This document shows positions 40,475 through 50,868 of a stretch of DNA of 64,000 bases, one piece after another. The stretch covers positions 26,235 to 90,234 of the forward strand of contig LBRD01000004.1 of NCBI GenBank assembly GCA_000991245.1, written 5' to 3'. The DNA is from Parcubacteria group bacterium GW2011_GWC1_36_108. Lineage in GTDB: Bacteria > Patescibacteriota > Minisyncoccia > Moranbacterales > GWC2-37-73. Every line of letters starts with the position of its first letter. The stretch's first letter is position 1. The translations under genes were made by a program, and so were the position numbers. The notes beneath the pieces were generated by a model. That model worked only from the letters and a program-made list of their open reading frames with translations, had not been told where the DNA came from and did no database searches.

Positions 40475-40915
40475 ATGGAATTTATTACGTCTTATGCAGT
40501 GTTTCTCATTCCAATTACAGTTGGAATTATCGTGCAAGCCATCAAATTTGTGCTTTACAGTTTAAAACACGGTTGGGACATTCGCTACGTCCTTACCCAC
40601 GGTCATATGCCAAGCGCGCACACAGCTTTTGCTTTTTCATTGGTTACATCCATTGGTTTTTATGAAGGAGTTCACACTGGGACATTTGCCGTTGCAATTG
40701 CGCTTGCCTTTCTTATTATCGATGATGCAACTCGTCTTCGAATGACTTTGGGCGACCAAGGAAAATATCTCAATATGCTCATTGGTCAACTTAATATAAA
40801 TGAAGAGAAATATCCCAGACTCAAAGAACGTATGGGTCACAAAGTAAGCGAAGTTATTGTCGGTGCTATCACTGGTCTTATTCTTACTACTATATTTATC
40901 AAGCTCCTAGCATAA
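40475..40915 (+). CDS. Divergent PAP2 (DUF212) membrane protein
   Basis: GHMPSAH, DA..LR, LKERMGH...EV..G. Confidence 0.88.
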   Translation: MEFITSYAVFLIPITVGIIVQAIKFVLYSLKHGWDIRYVLTHGHMPSAHTAFAFSLVTSIGFYEGVHTGTFAVAIALAFLIIDDATRLRMTLGDQGKYLNMLIGQLNINEEKYPRLKERMGHKVSEVIVGAITGLILTTIFIKLLA

Positions 40916-41023
40916 TAGCTTTTTAGCTTTTCAGACATTAGCTTCTTAGTAACAAAAAATCACCGCAAGGTGATTTTTATTTGTATTTTTTTCTAACAAG
41001 CTAAAAAGCTAATGCCTGAAAAG

Positions 41024-42361
41024 CTATCTTACTAGTTCTTCTTCGATAACTTTCCGATCATTCCAAGGAATCTTCTTATCCCCAACTACCATCGTTTCAA
41101 AATCACCCATACCTGTGATGCAAATAATATCTCCCTCTTGAGCAATCTCAATCGCTTTTCTGATTGCTTCCCTCCTGTCGATAATTTTCCAAAAATTTTG
41201 CCCTTCTGTTTTATTTTTAATCCCAACAGCAATTTCTTCAATAATTTGCTCAGGTTTTTCATAGTACGGTTCATCATTTGTAAGAATGACAACATCAGCA
41301 TATTTGGAGACAACCCCCCCCATAATAGGTCGTTTTCCACGATCTCGATCGCCGCAAGAACCAAAAATAGCAATAATTTTAGAATCAGACTTTTTAGCCT
41401 GAAAAAGCGTGCTATAAAGCCTTTCCAAAGCATTTGGCGTCAAAGCAAAATCAACCAAAATATGCAGCCCTAAATCGTTTTCTACGGCCTCCATTCGCCC
41501 TGCCACGCCCTTTATTTTTGCCAGTGCGTCTTTAATCGTTTCTATCCCAATCTCCTCACTAAGGCCCACACACGTTGCAGCAAGGGCATTCTCGACATTA
41601 AAAAGTCCAGGCAATTGCAAATTGAGTCTAATACTTTTTTTCTCATCCATACCCGCCAATTTAGCAGCAGAAAAATTTCCTATTTCAAACGATGAGCCAT
41701 TAATTCCAATTTCAATGTTTTCCGCATTTACAATTTTTATTTTTACATTATCATTTTGATTTATGAGATTTGTACTTTCAATTTTTGTTGTGTATCCATA
41801 TTTTTTTTCCACATTAAAATTCACAAATTCATTAGGATTCTCCATATCTAAATTAACAATATTTGTTCCTTTATTTTTTTCTACATTTTCAAAAAGTTTT
41901 TTCTTCGCTTCACGATATTTTTCCATCGTCTTATGATAATCCAAATGCTCACGCGTAACATTAGTAATAACTGCCGTCTTATAGTCAACTCCCCACACAC
42001 GATATTGATCTAGTGAATGAGAAGATGTTTCCAAAACCAAATATTCACAGCCTGCATCAACAGCTTTTTTGATAAATTTTTGTAAAGTAAGGGCAGATTC
42101 GGTCGTGAAGTGAGAAAGATTTTTTTCCTCAACTCCATTAATTTTGAAATTAATCGTTGAAGCCATTGCAACTTTCCGGCCAGCTTCTTCCAAAATTTTT
42201 GTGACCATCTGAACAGTTGTTGTTTTTCCATCAGTTCCCGTAACACCAATTACCTTTAATTTTCGTGATGGAAAACCATACCAAACATTAGCCACAACGG
42301 CTTGCGCTAAGTGGTACAGGTTTTTAATATTTTGGGGAAAAAGTTTTTTAATATAGTGCAT
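41024..42361 (-). CDS. murE: UDP-MurNAc-tripeptide synthetase MurE
   Basis: GVTGTDGKTTT, LETSSH, EHLDYH, GRME, GDRDRGKRP.MG. Confidence 0.9.
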   Translation of the reverse strand: MHYIKKLFPQNIKNLYHLAQAVVANVWYGFPSRKLKVIGVTGTDGKTTTVQMVTKILEEAGRKVAMASTINFKINGVEEKNLSHFTTESALTLQKFIKKAVDAGCEYLVLETSSHSLDQYRVWGVDYKTAVITNVTREHLDYHKTMEKYREAKKKLFENVEKNKGTNIVNLDMENPNEFVNFNVEKKYGYTTKIESTNLINQNDNVKIKIVNAENIEIGINGSSFEIGNFSAAKLAGMDEKKSIRLNLQLPGLFNVENALAATCVGLSEEIGIETIKDALAKIKGVAGRMEAVENDLGLHILVDFALTPNALERLYSTLFQAKKSDSKIIAIFGSCGDRDRGKRPIMGGVVSKYADVVILTNDEPYYEKPEQIIEEIAVGIKNKTEGQNFWKIIDRREAIRKAIEIAQEGDIICITGMGDFETMVVGDKKIPWNDRKVIEEELVR

Positions 42362-42472
42362 ATATTAATAATTTTAAATTTTAAGTTTTAAATTTTAAAT
42401 GAATTTTTAATTATTTAATTTAAAATTTAGACATTTAGATTTGATTTAAAATTTTAAATTTAAAACTTAAAA

Positions 42473-43483
42473 TTATTTCTTGAATTTTACTGCAAAAGCC
42501 TTCGCTCTCTGCAGTCCTCGATAAACCGCATATTTCCTAGGGTTAATAATAATATCATAACTCCCAGGAAATTCAATGGATTTAGTATTCGGTGAAAAAC
42601 CCAGTTTGAAATTAGTGATTCCCTCCCAACTGTTATCACTATTAACGGTTTTAATACCTCCAAAATCGTAACGCGTGCAGCCTCTTTCTTTGGCTTCTAA
42701 AATCGCCTGCCATTGCAATAAAAATGGTGCCATCACATTTCTATTATCATTTGACGATGCCCCGTGCAAATATGTCGCAGTGTTTTCAAAAAACAAAACC
42801 AGATTTGCTGCAATTATTTTCCCTTCAAACTCAGCCACATAAATCTTGAGCATTTCCTCCGGCAAAGTCTCAATCATTTTTCGATAATATTCTTCTGGAT
42901 GCGCCACAATTCCCTGCCTCGCCGCCATTTCCTTTGTGAGTTTAAGAAAAATTTCTACATATTGATTGGAAATTGGAAATTGGAAATTGGAAATTGCTCG
43001 CACTAAAACATTATGTTTTATTGCGAGTTTTATATTATATCGTGTTTTAGGTTTCATTTCATTCAACAAAGTTTCCACGTCTTTTGAAATATCCAACACA
43101 AAAACTTCTTTCGGTTGCATATTGTGTGGAGCTTTAACAACTTTTTCTGAAATATTTTCTTTTATCATTTCCAACATCTGATCACTTTCCGGTTCAACCC
43201 TAATCCAACCAGCATTTTCTTTTTTTCCCAATTCAATCAACCCCCACATCCCATTTTTAATTTTGTCATTTGGATTTTGGATTTCATTGGAAATTGGAAA
43301 TTGGAAATTGGAAATTACAGGCCCTCTAGGACTGTAAAAATATTTCCCCACAATCGGCAAAACATGCTCAATAATACTCGCTGAAAATGCGTCATTTTCA
43401 ACAAAATGTGTTTTTCTCCCAACAGCTTCCTGAAACTTTCGCCATTGCTGCGATTGTAGAATTTCTTTATTTTCCATACCCAA
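42473..43483 (-). CDS. FemABX-family peptidoglycan bridge aminoacyltransferase (two repeat-derived insertions)
   Basis: LQSQQW, PRGPV, KTRYNI, YLHGAS, LQWQAI, YDFGG, FKLGF. Confidence 0.92.
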   Translation of the reverse strand: MGMENKEILQSQQWRKFQEAVGRKTHFVENDAFSASIIEHVLPIVGKYFYSPRGPVISNFQFPISNEIQNPNDKIKNGMWGLIELGKKENAGWIRVEPESDQMLEMIKENISEKVVKAPHNMQPKEVFVLDISKDVETLLNEMKPKTRYNIKLAIKHNVLVRAISNFQFPISNQYVEIFLKLTKEMAARQGIVAHPEEYYRKMIETLPEEMLKIYVAEFEGKIIAANLVLFFENTATYLHGASSNDNRNVMAPFLLQWQAILEAKERGCTRYDFGGIKTVNSDNSWEGITNFKLGFSPNTKSIEFPGSYDIIINPRKYAVYRGLQRAKAFAVKFKK

Positions 43484-43549
43484 ATTATATCAGTAAATCA
43501 GAGAAAACAAAAAGAGTCTCGATTTCTCGAGACTCTTAAAAATTTTTGA

Positions 43550-44170
43550 TTAATTTGCTGCCCAAACTTGAAATGTTGAACCAGTATCGCCAGAAGTATT
43601 TCCAAGATCTTCCCAATGACTTGAATTATTAAAATTAGGACCGCCATCTTTGCATTTTGTTTCACCTGTTGCATTATCAGTTCTACAACAAATAAGCTGA
43701 TTAGCAGCACTACCAAGAAAACATGAAAGCGCATAGCCAGTTCCTGCCGTTGCAGCCACTGCCACATTCACAGCTCTCACGGTATTGTTATACGTTCCGA
43801 CAGATTTAATGTTGGCAATTTCATTTTTATCAGCACTGCATCCAAGTGCAGTTCCACTAGTATTAAAAAAAGTCAGTTCATATGAAGAACCTGATGGTCC
43901 AACATCCGTGCCGGTAACTTTACCATCAGAACAACCCGTTCCAAACCCTGTAAATACTGTTGATATTGTTCCTTGGTTACTTAATTTCTTCAAAGCCAAC
44001 TGCACTCCGCTGTCCGCGGTTTGGAGTGATTGCATTGAAAATTCAGTGCCGCTTGCACCTTTTTTTTCAACAATAGCCACAACAGAAAGTGTTCCAGCAA
44101 TTGCAATCATCACAGAAATGATAACCAAGGAATACGCCAAGATTGAACCCTGTTTTTTTTCTTTGTTCAT
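43550..44170 (-). CDS. PilX-like minor pilin
   Basis: KKQG|SILAYSLV class III signal, A..ADSG, IKSVG...TVRAV. Confidence 0.75.
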   Translation of the reverse strand: MNKEKKQGSILAYSLVIISVMIAIAGTLSVVAIVEKKGASGTEFSMQSLQTADSGVQLALKKLSNQGTISTVFTGFGTGCSDGKVTGTDVGPSGSSYELTFFNTSGTALGCSADKNEIANIKSVGTYNNTVRAVNVAVAATAGTGYALSCFLGSAANQLICCRTDNATGETKCKDGGPNFNNSSHWEDLGNTSGDTGSTFQVWAAN

Positions 44171-44180
44171 TTTTTTATTT

Positions 44181-44225
44181 ACCCCGTGAAATTATTTTGT
44201 ACTCAAAATACTATTTCACTGGGGT
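44181..44225. mobile_element. Short MITE-like hairpin related to family D
   Basis: ACCCCGTGAAAT ... ATTTCACTGGGGT. Confidence 0.55.
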
Positions 44226-44264
44226 TATTTTATTTTTACGTATTTCTATTATACCACACTTTTT

Positions 44265-44837
44265 CTATTTTTTGCCAAGACTCTTGAGCGCAAGTTTCAC
44301 TCTTTCTCCGACATCTTTAATGTCATTTGAAATCAATTTTAAGGCTTCGCGAGATTCACTGACAGAATATCCCATCGCCACCAATGCCTCAAAAGCATCT
44401 GAGTCGCTTTCGAGTTGTGCTTTTTCGCCGCTTGGCATATTGGTGATTTTGTTTTTCAGTTCCAAAATAACGCGCTGCGCAATTTTCTTTCCAACGCCAG
44501 AAACTCTGGTCAAAATCGATGGGTCTTCATTGAGAACTGCCATACTGATTGTTTTCGGATCAGCAATTGCCAAAATCCCCATCGCAGCTTTTGGTCCGAT
44601 TCCTGAAATAGAAATCAGGAGTTCAAACATTTCAAGTTCTGCAATCTCCAAAAAACCATAGAGTGCCAACGTGTCTTCTCGCACATAAGTATGCGTATAA
44701 AGTTCTATGTCAGATTTTCCAGCCACCATTCCAAAAGTATGCACGGTCACAAAAACTTTGTACCCAACACCACTGACATCAACAATGACATAATTGTCGT
44801 GCATTAAATCAATTTTACCTCGAAGCTTTGCTATCAT
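44265..44837 (-). CDS. ruvA: Holliday junction DNA helicase subunit RuvA
   Basis: MIAKLRG, GVGY, VRED..LYGF, GIGPK, GVGKK. Confidence 0.96.
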   Translation of the reverse strand: MIAKLRGKIDLMHDNYVIVDVSGVGYKVFVTVHTFGMVAGKSDIELYTHTYVREDTLALYGFLEIAELEMFELLISISGIGPKAAMGILAIADPKTISMAVLNEDPSILTRVSGVGKKIAQRVILELKNKITNMPSGEKAQLESDSDAFEALVAMGYSVSESREALKLISNDIKDVGERVKLALKSLGKK

Positions 44838-44900
44838 CCTTTTCTAAATAATTTTAAATTTTAAATTTAAAATTTAAAATGAATTTTTAATTGATAAATT

Positions 44901-47285
44901 TTAAATTATCAAACACGCGGTACACCCACCACCACAGTCTTTGCCTGTTTCATTTCCATTTTGAATACCATCCGAGCAAGTCGGAGTTACCACTACTGGC
45001 TCTTGTTCTGGTTCCGGCTCTGGCTCGGGCTCTTCTTTCGGTTTGAAATATTCTTCTTTGCATTCCAAAGTTGGAATAGGATCAAGATCTTTGTTCTTTT
45101 TCTTGTCTTTTTTAAACCAATCTTGCACACCCTTTTCCCAATTTTTATATTGAGAATCATCGGATGGATCTTTTGGATAATCTCCTCGTGGATCATCTTT
45201 TTTCACATAAAATAAAATACTGTGAACTTCCCCGAATGTTTTTTTGTCTGAAGTTCCATCAGGACAAGAATCATTTGCCAAGCAATAATCTCCTTTGTAA
45301 TCCTTGGCATCCATTTCGCACACCTTTACATCTTCTTTAATGTCTTGTTCTCCATTGAGAATTGGTTTGCCGGCATCTTCTTTTTCATATTTTGGAAATT
45401 GTTCAGCCGCACTGTTTCCCAATGCAAAATTCATAAACGATCTCCAAATCGGAGCAGCCACATAAATTCCATCAGCACCGACTTTCATAGAGGAGTTGTC
45501 ATTGTTTCCAGCCCAAACCCCCACTGCAATTGACGGCGTGTACCCCATTGCCCAACCATCGCGAAATTCATTGGTTGTTCCAGTCTTGGCCGCAACTTGG
45601 CGATCTGAAAATTTGAAAGGATTATTGTCTCCAAACACAGGTGCTCTGAGTTCATTGGTCGACATAATATAATCAAGCATAGCAACATATTTTTCTTCAA
45701 CAATTCTTTGCCCAGCGCTTTGTTTGAATTCTTCCAAAACCGCTCCGTCCTTATCTTGAATTTTCAAAATTGCAGTTTTGTCATAGTGAATTCCTCCTGT
45801 GGCCAAACCACCATACGCATTAACGTGATCAAGTAATGTCACTTCTCCACCTCCGAGTACCAAAGACAAACCGTATCGTTCAGGTTGATTGAGACCTTTT
45901 ATTCCAAGCCCTTTTGCAAGTTGAATTGAATCTTTCACTCCTGCCAAATACAAAGTTTTCACAGCAGGAATGTTGAGCGACATAGCCAATGCATTTTTCA
46001 TTTGAAGCGGTCCTTTGAATTTTCCATCATAATTTTGCGGCTTGTAATCTTTTCCTTCATCGGTACTAAAGTTTGTTGCCACATCATATAATAATGTTTC
46101 TGGGGTGTAACCTTTCGTAAAAGCTGTCAGATAAACATATGGTTTAAATGAAGACCCCGGTTGACGATCAGCCAAAGCCACGTTAACTTGCCCATCAATT
46201 GATTTGTCAAAATAATTTTTCGAGCCAACCATCGCCAAAATTTGTCCAGTTTTTGGATCCATTGCTACCAACGCTGCATTGCTGGCATTTTGAGCTTTGT
46301 TTTTTTCAGCTCCTTCTACGACTGCTTTTTCTGCTGCCTTCTGTTTGTCCCAATCAAGCGTAGTATAAACTTTTAGTCCTCCTTGCTCTACCGCCTGTTC
46401 TCCATATTTCTGTTCCAAATATTCTTTTACATACATCACAAAATGAGGAGCTTGAATATTATCTTGTTTTGGAGTTATTGCTGCAAAGATATCCACGCCT
46501 TTAGCTTCGTCTGCCTGCTCTTGCGTGATATATCCCAAATCAGCCATTTTTCTAAGTGCAGAATTTTTTCTTCCAACTAAAGCATCCCGATGAGAACCAA
46601 AAGGCGAATAATACGTTGGCGCGTTTGGCAGTGAAGCCAAAAGAACAGCCTCAGCAAGATTTAAATCCTTTGCTGATTTTGAAAAAAATGTTTGAGCTGC
46701 CGCTTCAATCCCATAGGCACTTGAACCATACGGAATTTGATTAAGATACATTGCTAAGATTTCATCTTTGGAATATTTTTGCTCCAATTCTATAGCAAGA
46801 ATAACTTCTTTTATTTTTCGCGTGAATGTTTTCTCGTCACTAAGCAATGATTTTTTAATAAACTGCTGTGTAATCGTGCTACCACCTTGTGCAGCCCCAC
46901 CTTTTATAATATCTTTAAAAGCTGATCGCAAAATAGCTTTCGGGTTTACTCCGAAATGCGAATAAAATTCCTGATCTTCCAAAGCAATAGTCGCATACTT
47001 CACATTATCCGGAATTTGCGCAAAAGGTATAACTGTTCTTTTCTCCTCCCCGTGTACATCATACAAAAGATGCTCACCGGAGCGATCGTAAATTTTGGTT
47101 GATTGCGCAATCAGTTTTGCATCCACCGAATTTGCACTCGGCAAATCCTTGGCAAAATACAAAAAGATTCCAACTACACTTAAAAATCCAACACCAAAAA
47201 GATACAGGGAAATTTTCCCTACAATTTTCCATTTATCTTTATTGGAAGAACTTTTAAAATTTCTTGAAATAAATATTTGATTCAT
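44901..47285 (-). CDS. Class A penicillin-binding protein (PBP1A family) with Cys-rich C-terminal tail
   Basis: ED..FY.H, GGSTITQQ, RKIKE, SSFK, SLN, KTGT. Confidence 0.94.
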   Translation of the reverse strand: MNQIFISRNFKSSSNKDKWKIVGKISLYLFGVGFLSVVGIFLYFAKDLPSANSVDAKLIAQSTKIYDRSGEHLLYDVHGEEKRTVIPFAQIPDNVKYATIALEDQEFYSHFGVNPKAILRSAFKDIIKGGAAQGGSTITQQFIKKSLLSDEKTFTRKIKEVILAIELEQKYSKDEILAMYLNQIPYGSSAYGIEAAAQTFFSKSAKDLNLAEAVLLASLPNAPTYYSPFGSHRDALVGRKNSALRKMADLGYITQEQADEAKGVDIFAAITPKQDNIQAPHFVMYVKEYLEQKYGEQAVEQGGLKVYTTLDWDKQKAAEKAVVEGAEKNKAQNASNAALVAMDPKTGQILAMVGSKNYFDKSIDGQVNVALADRQPGSSFKPYVYLTAFTKGYTPETLLYDVATNFSTDEGKDYKPQNYDGKFKGPLQMKNALAMSLNIPAVKTLYLAGVKDSIQLAKGLGIKGLNQPERYGLSLVLGGGEVTLLDHVNAYGGLATGGIHYDKTAILKIQDKDGAVLEEFKQSAGQRIVEEKYVAMLDYIMSTNELRAPVFGDNNPFKFSDRQVAAKTGTTNEFRDGWAMGYTPSIAVGVWAGNNDNSSMKVGADGIYVAAPIWRSFMNFALGNSAAEQFPKYEKEDAGKPILNGEQDIKEDVKVCEMDAKDYKGDYCLANDSCPDGTSDKKTFGEVHSILFYVKKDDPRGDYPKDPSDDSQYKNWEKGVQDWFKKDKKKNKDLDPIPTLECKEEYFKPKEEPEPEPEPEQEPVVVTPTCSDGIQNGNETGKDCGGGCTACLII

Positions 47286-47458
47286 ATTAAAATACTAACT
47301 TAGTAAATTACTTCGCAAAAGAAGTTACTTTCTAAATATATTATATGCTTAAAACGGCTTTTTTCAAAGCCGCTCTAGTATACAGGAAACTGATTATTTA
47401 TCAAGAGAAAAAAGAAAAAACAATCAACTAGTGATTGTTTTTTCAATAAAACTTTTTA

Positions 47459-48328
47459 TCAAACACTTTTATGCTGTTTTTGTCTTTTTTTAATAGCATA
47501 TTTAATAATGTATTCGGCTGGATTTATTCCAGTTATTAATTTGAATTTTTCCCACTGTGGAGAGACATTAACTTCAATGACATAGGTTTTTCCTTCATAT
47601 TCAAACAGATCCACGCCCGCTATTTCATAGTCCATCGCTGCTGTTGATTCCAAGGCAACTTTTTTCATCTCTACGCTAACCTCTATTTTTTCAGCTTTGG
47701 TTCCACGAATATTGGATTTATATTGCCCTTCATTAATAAAACGTTGAAACCCACCGATAACTTCGCCACCGACAACAAAGATTCTAAAATCATTTACGAT
47801 TGGAAAATATTGTTGCGCTAAATATTCAGTTGTATTTTTTTCAAAAAATTCCAGCGCTTCGTTGGCTGTGTTTAATTTCTGAATCCCCCTACCCTTTCTT
47901 CCAAAAATCGGTTTAGCAATAATAGGAAATTCTACGTCTTCTGTTAACCTTTTCCATCCTTCAAAATTATTAGCTTGAAATGTTGCTGGATGATCGATAC
48001 CACATTCAAAAAGTCTTTTGGCTTGATGCATTTTTCCTCGCACATAACCGCCAGCGAGTGATTGTTCAATAACTATTTTATCATTATCTACCAGCATTTC
48101 AGCTAATAGCTGTGCTTCATAAATATGATTATTATATCCCCTGAAAATAACCACATCAAAATCGCAGATGTCCAACTCGCCACACATCGCTGCAAGATTG
48201 TCACCAATAGTTTCAAAAGTAATTTCCGAAAATTTACAGACTATTCCTTGATGACCAGCTTTTTCAATAGCATCAAGCAAATCTTGAGTGTTTTCAGTTA
48301 GTGAACCAATGATAATAAATTTCAACAT
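47459..48328 (-). CDS. RimK/LysX-family ATP-grasp ligase
   Basis: FPIIAKP..GRKGRG, DFRIFVVGG, KSNI.G, AGVD, IEVNVSP. Confidence 0.88.
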   Translation of the reverse strand: MLKFIIIGSLTENTQDLLDAIEKAGHQGIVCKFSEITFETIGDNLAAMCGELDICDFDVVIFRGYNNHIYEAQLLAEMLVDNDKIVIEQSLAGGYVRGKMHQAKRLFECGIDHPATFQANNFEGWKRLTEDVEFPIIAKPIFGRKGRGIQKLNTANEALEFFEKNTTEYLAQQYFPIVNDFRIFVVGGEVIGGFQRFINEGQYKSNIRGTKAEKIEVSVEMKKVALESTAAMDYEIAGVDLFEYEGKTYVIEVNVSPQWEKFKLITGINPAEYIIKYAIKKRQKQHKSV

Positions 48329-48342
48329 ATTTTTAAATTATA

Positions 48343-49311
48343 TTAAGCAATGTTTTCAATAAAAGCATCAAAATCTTTCTGTTGTAATTCCTTATCGTTA
48401 AGCGCTTCGATCAAACAAAGGCCTGGAACAGAATTCATTTCAATAAAAAGTGGTTCACCTTTTTCGTTAAAAAAGAAATCCAAAGAATATTGAGCACGCG
48501 CAAACATTTTTAATTTTGCAGTAATTTTTTCTGTTACATCCAAAACACTTTGCGGTATTTTCTCAAGCGGAACACGTTTACTCGTTGCTCCCTGATGCAT
48601 ATTAGTAAACAGAGACCCTCCTTGAGCAATTCGAGAAAGAGCATAAAGTGGCTGGTGATTAATGTAAGTAATTCTAAGATCTGCCAATTCACCTTTTTCA
48701 GAAAATCCAGGAATACCATTTTCATTTTTAACAAATTCTTGTAACAGCATCGGATAAATAAACTTTTCTTTTAAAATAGTTTCTTTATTACCAATAACAA
48801 TACCAAATCCGCCAGAGCCCTGAAGAGGTTTGGCAACAATTTTTGATGTTTTTATTTTTTCAATTGCAATTTTCAGGTCATTTAAGTTCATTGCCACGAA
48901 TGTTTTCGGCATATATTCAGAAAACAAAGCGTACTGCGAAAGTTTACTATCAACCATGGCTCGAAAAAGCGGATTATTAAAAACGATTGAATTGCTGGCC
49001 ATAGCCATTTTTAAATCAAACAACTTATGCTCGCTAGAGCCAGGCGTCTTATCATAAATAAGATCAGCTGTGATTTCTTTTTCAACTCTTTGCCATTTGC
49101 CGCTCCTAAAAGCCCATGCCTTGATAAAAATATTTTTCTTGATATCATACCAATCCACACTTGCACGATACATTTGAATATTTTTTTCAAGCGCCATAGT
49201 GTGCCATTTTTCAAAAGCTCTTCTTGTTTCTTCGTACGATATTGGAATTTCCCTATCCCAATCATCGCCTGTATAAATAACAACTATGTTTTTACTTTTT
49301 TCGTTTTCCAT
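48343..49311 (-). CDS. ATP-grasp ligase (RimK/YheC-D-like)
   Basis: KPLQGSGGFG, LQEFV, DLR, TNMHQG, IEMNSVPG. Confidence 0.82.
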   Translation of the reverse strand: MENEKSKNIVVIYTGDDWDREIPISYEETRRAFEKWHTMALEKNIQMYRASVDWYDIKKNIFIKAWAFRSGKWQRVEKEITADLIYDKTPGSSEHKLFDLKMAMASNSIVFNNPLFRAMVDSKLSQYALFSEYMPKTFVAMNLNDLKIAIEKIKTSKIVAKPLQGSGGFGIVIGNKETILKEKFIYPMLLQEFVKNENGIPGFSEKGELADLRITYINHQPLYALSRIAQGGSLFTNMHQGATSKRVPLEKIPQSVLDVTEKITAKLKMFARAQYSLDFFFNEKGEPLFIEMNSVPGLCLIEALNDKELQQKDFDAFIENIA

Positions 49312-49322
49312 AAAATACTTTA

Positions 49323-50765
49323 TTAACTAACTTTATTCACATCAATTAAAAACTTTCCCAGATTTCTCCTACCGATGATAGCAGCATATTTAAGTTCATC
49401 TCTGGCGGCAATATTAACATTCGCATTTATTGCAAAGTTATCCATAACAAAAGTCATTTTTACTTTTGGCCTAAAAGACACACCGTTAGATGCATAGATT
49501 AAATCTATGTCATAAAGATCGCTGTGTTTATATTTATTTTTCAAGCCCTTAAGAATTTCTGGTCCTTCTTCTCTGGAAAATCCGTTTGGCAATTCAATTT
49601 TTTCAAAAAAATCCAAAACATCGCCATAGCCAAGCTGTCTAGCCATATCAATATCAATAGAAGTTGACATTGCACCCGTATCAATTTTGGCCTCAATTTC
49701 TATAGTTGCTTCATTTTTTCCAATAAATTTAACTTTTTCTACTGTGCCAATAACTTTTCGTCCAGAAATTTCTTCGACTTCTTCTTCAACTTCTCCTCCG
49801 AATAAATCTCTTCCTACGCGCACACCGCGCGCTGCTGTTTTTATTTTAAGACCCTTGATGCGCTCAAGTCTTTCTTTAAGACCACTGAGGTTTGCAACTT
49901 GAATAGCAAGACCCGGACGAGCATTGATTTCCAAAAAAACCGGACCGCGCTCGCGATCAATCGCAACATCAGCGCCCAAAAATCCCATCCCTGAAACTTC
50001 CTGCGCTTTTACAGCTAAAAGTAAAATATCTTTCCAATATGGAATTCGAATTCCTGAAAGAAGCATTCTGGTGCCTGGGACATAATCAATAATTTTTCCT
50101 TTACCCAAAACTGCAGTCGTGGTCACGCCTGAAGCTAAGTCAATTCCCACTCCGATACCTCCTTGCTGCAAATTAGCTTTTCCTCCAGATTCTTTTGTTG
50201 GAAGACGAAGCATCGCCATTACTGGTATATGATTAAAAACAATCACGCGGATATCAGGAATTCCTTTATATGCATACGGCTTAAAAAGTTTAAGCAAAGT
50301 CAAACGTTCTTCAAAAAAAGCAATGTCTGGCATATTAGCCAATGAAAATGCTCCATCCAAAATATTTAAAATATGACTCTTGATATCTTCCACTGTAACT
50401 TTGCTGCCATCAGCTTTAATCCAAACAGGCAACGGTATTTCATTTTCATCACTTACTAAAACTTTTCCACTATTTTTCTTTCTGCCATACACTACCATAA
50501 TTCCACCTCCGCCATATCCACGATTTGGCTTAAGCGCAAAAGAAGACGGCAAAGAAGACCAGTCGAAATTTTCCAATTCCTCGGCTGTTCTGATTTTTGC
50601 AAGCAATTTTGGCACAGGAATTCCACCTTTTTTAAGCATCCTCTTGCTTAAAATTTTATCGTCTGCCAATTTTTTTGCTTTTTTTCTATTGTATGGACGA
50701 ATGTAATCAAGGTTACGAGCATTCATGCCAAGCAACTTATTTCCATTCTTAAAAATTTCAAACAT
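49323..50765 (-). CDS. Alpha-L-glutamate-ligase-like ATP-grasp protein fused to a RimB-type (retropepsin-like) protease domain
   Basis: LGMNARN, DDK, KPNRGYGGGG, GIPDIRVI, AMLRLPT..SGGKANLQQG, LEINARPGLAIQ; C-terminal AKIDTGA ... IIGRR. Confidence 0.88.
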   Translation of the reverse strand: MFEIFKNGNKLLGMNARNLDYIRPYNRKKAKKLADDKILSKRMLKKGGIPVPKLLAKIRTAEELENFDWSSLPSSFALKPNRGYGGGGIMVVYGRKKNSGKVLVSDENEIPLPVWIKADGSKVTVEDIKSHILNILDGAFSLANMPDIAFFEERLTLLKLFKPYAYKGIPDIRVIVFNHIPVMAMLRLPTKESGGKANLQQGGIGVGIDLASGVTTTAVLGKGKIIDYVPGTRMLLSGIRIPYWKDILLLAVKAQEVSGMGFLGADVAIDRERGPVFLEINARPGLAIQVANLSGLKERLERIKGLKIKTAARGVRVGRDLFGGEVEEEVEEISGRKVIGTVEKVKFIGKNEATIEIEAKIDTGAMSTSIDIDMARQLGYGDVLDFFEKIELPNGFSREEGPEILKGLKNKYKHSDLYDIDLIYASNGVSFRPKVKMTFVMDNFAINANVNIAARDELKYAAIIGRRNLGKFLIDVNKVS

Positions 50766-50775
50766 AAAAAAATTA

Positions 50776-50862
50776 TGTCATTCCGGACTCGATCCGGAAT
50801 CCCGAGCTTTAACGCACAAACCGTTATGCTACGAGAGATCCTGAAACAAATTCAGGATGACA
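50776..50862. repeat. REP-like doublet
   Basis: TGTCATTCCGGACTCGATCCGGAATC ... GATCCTGAAACAAATTCAGGATGACA. Confidence 0.75.
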
Positions 50863-50868
50863 CAGTGA

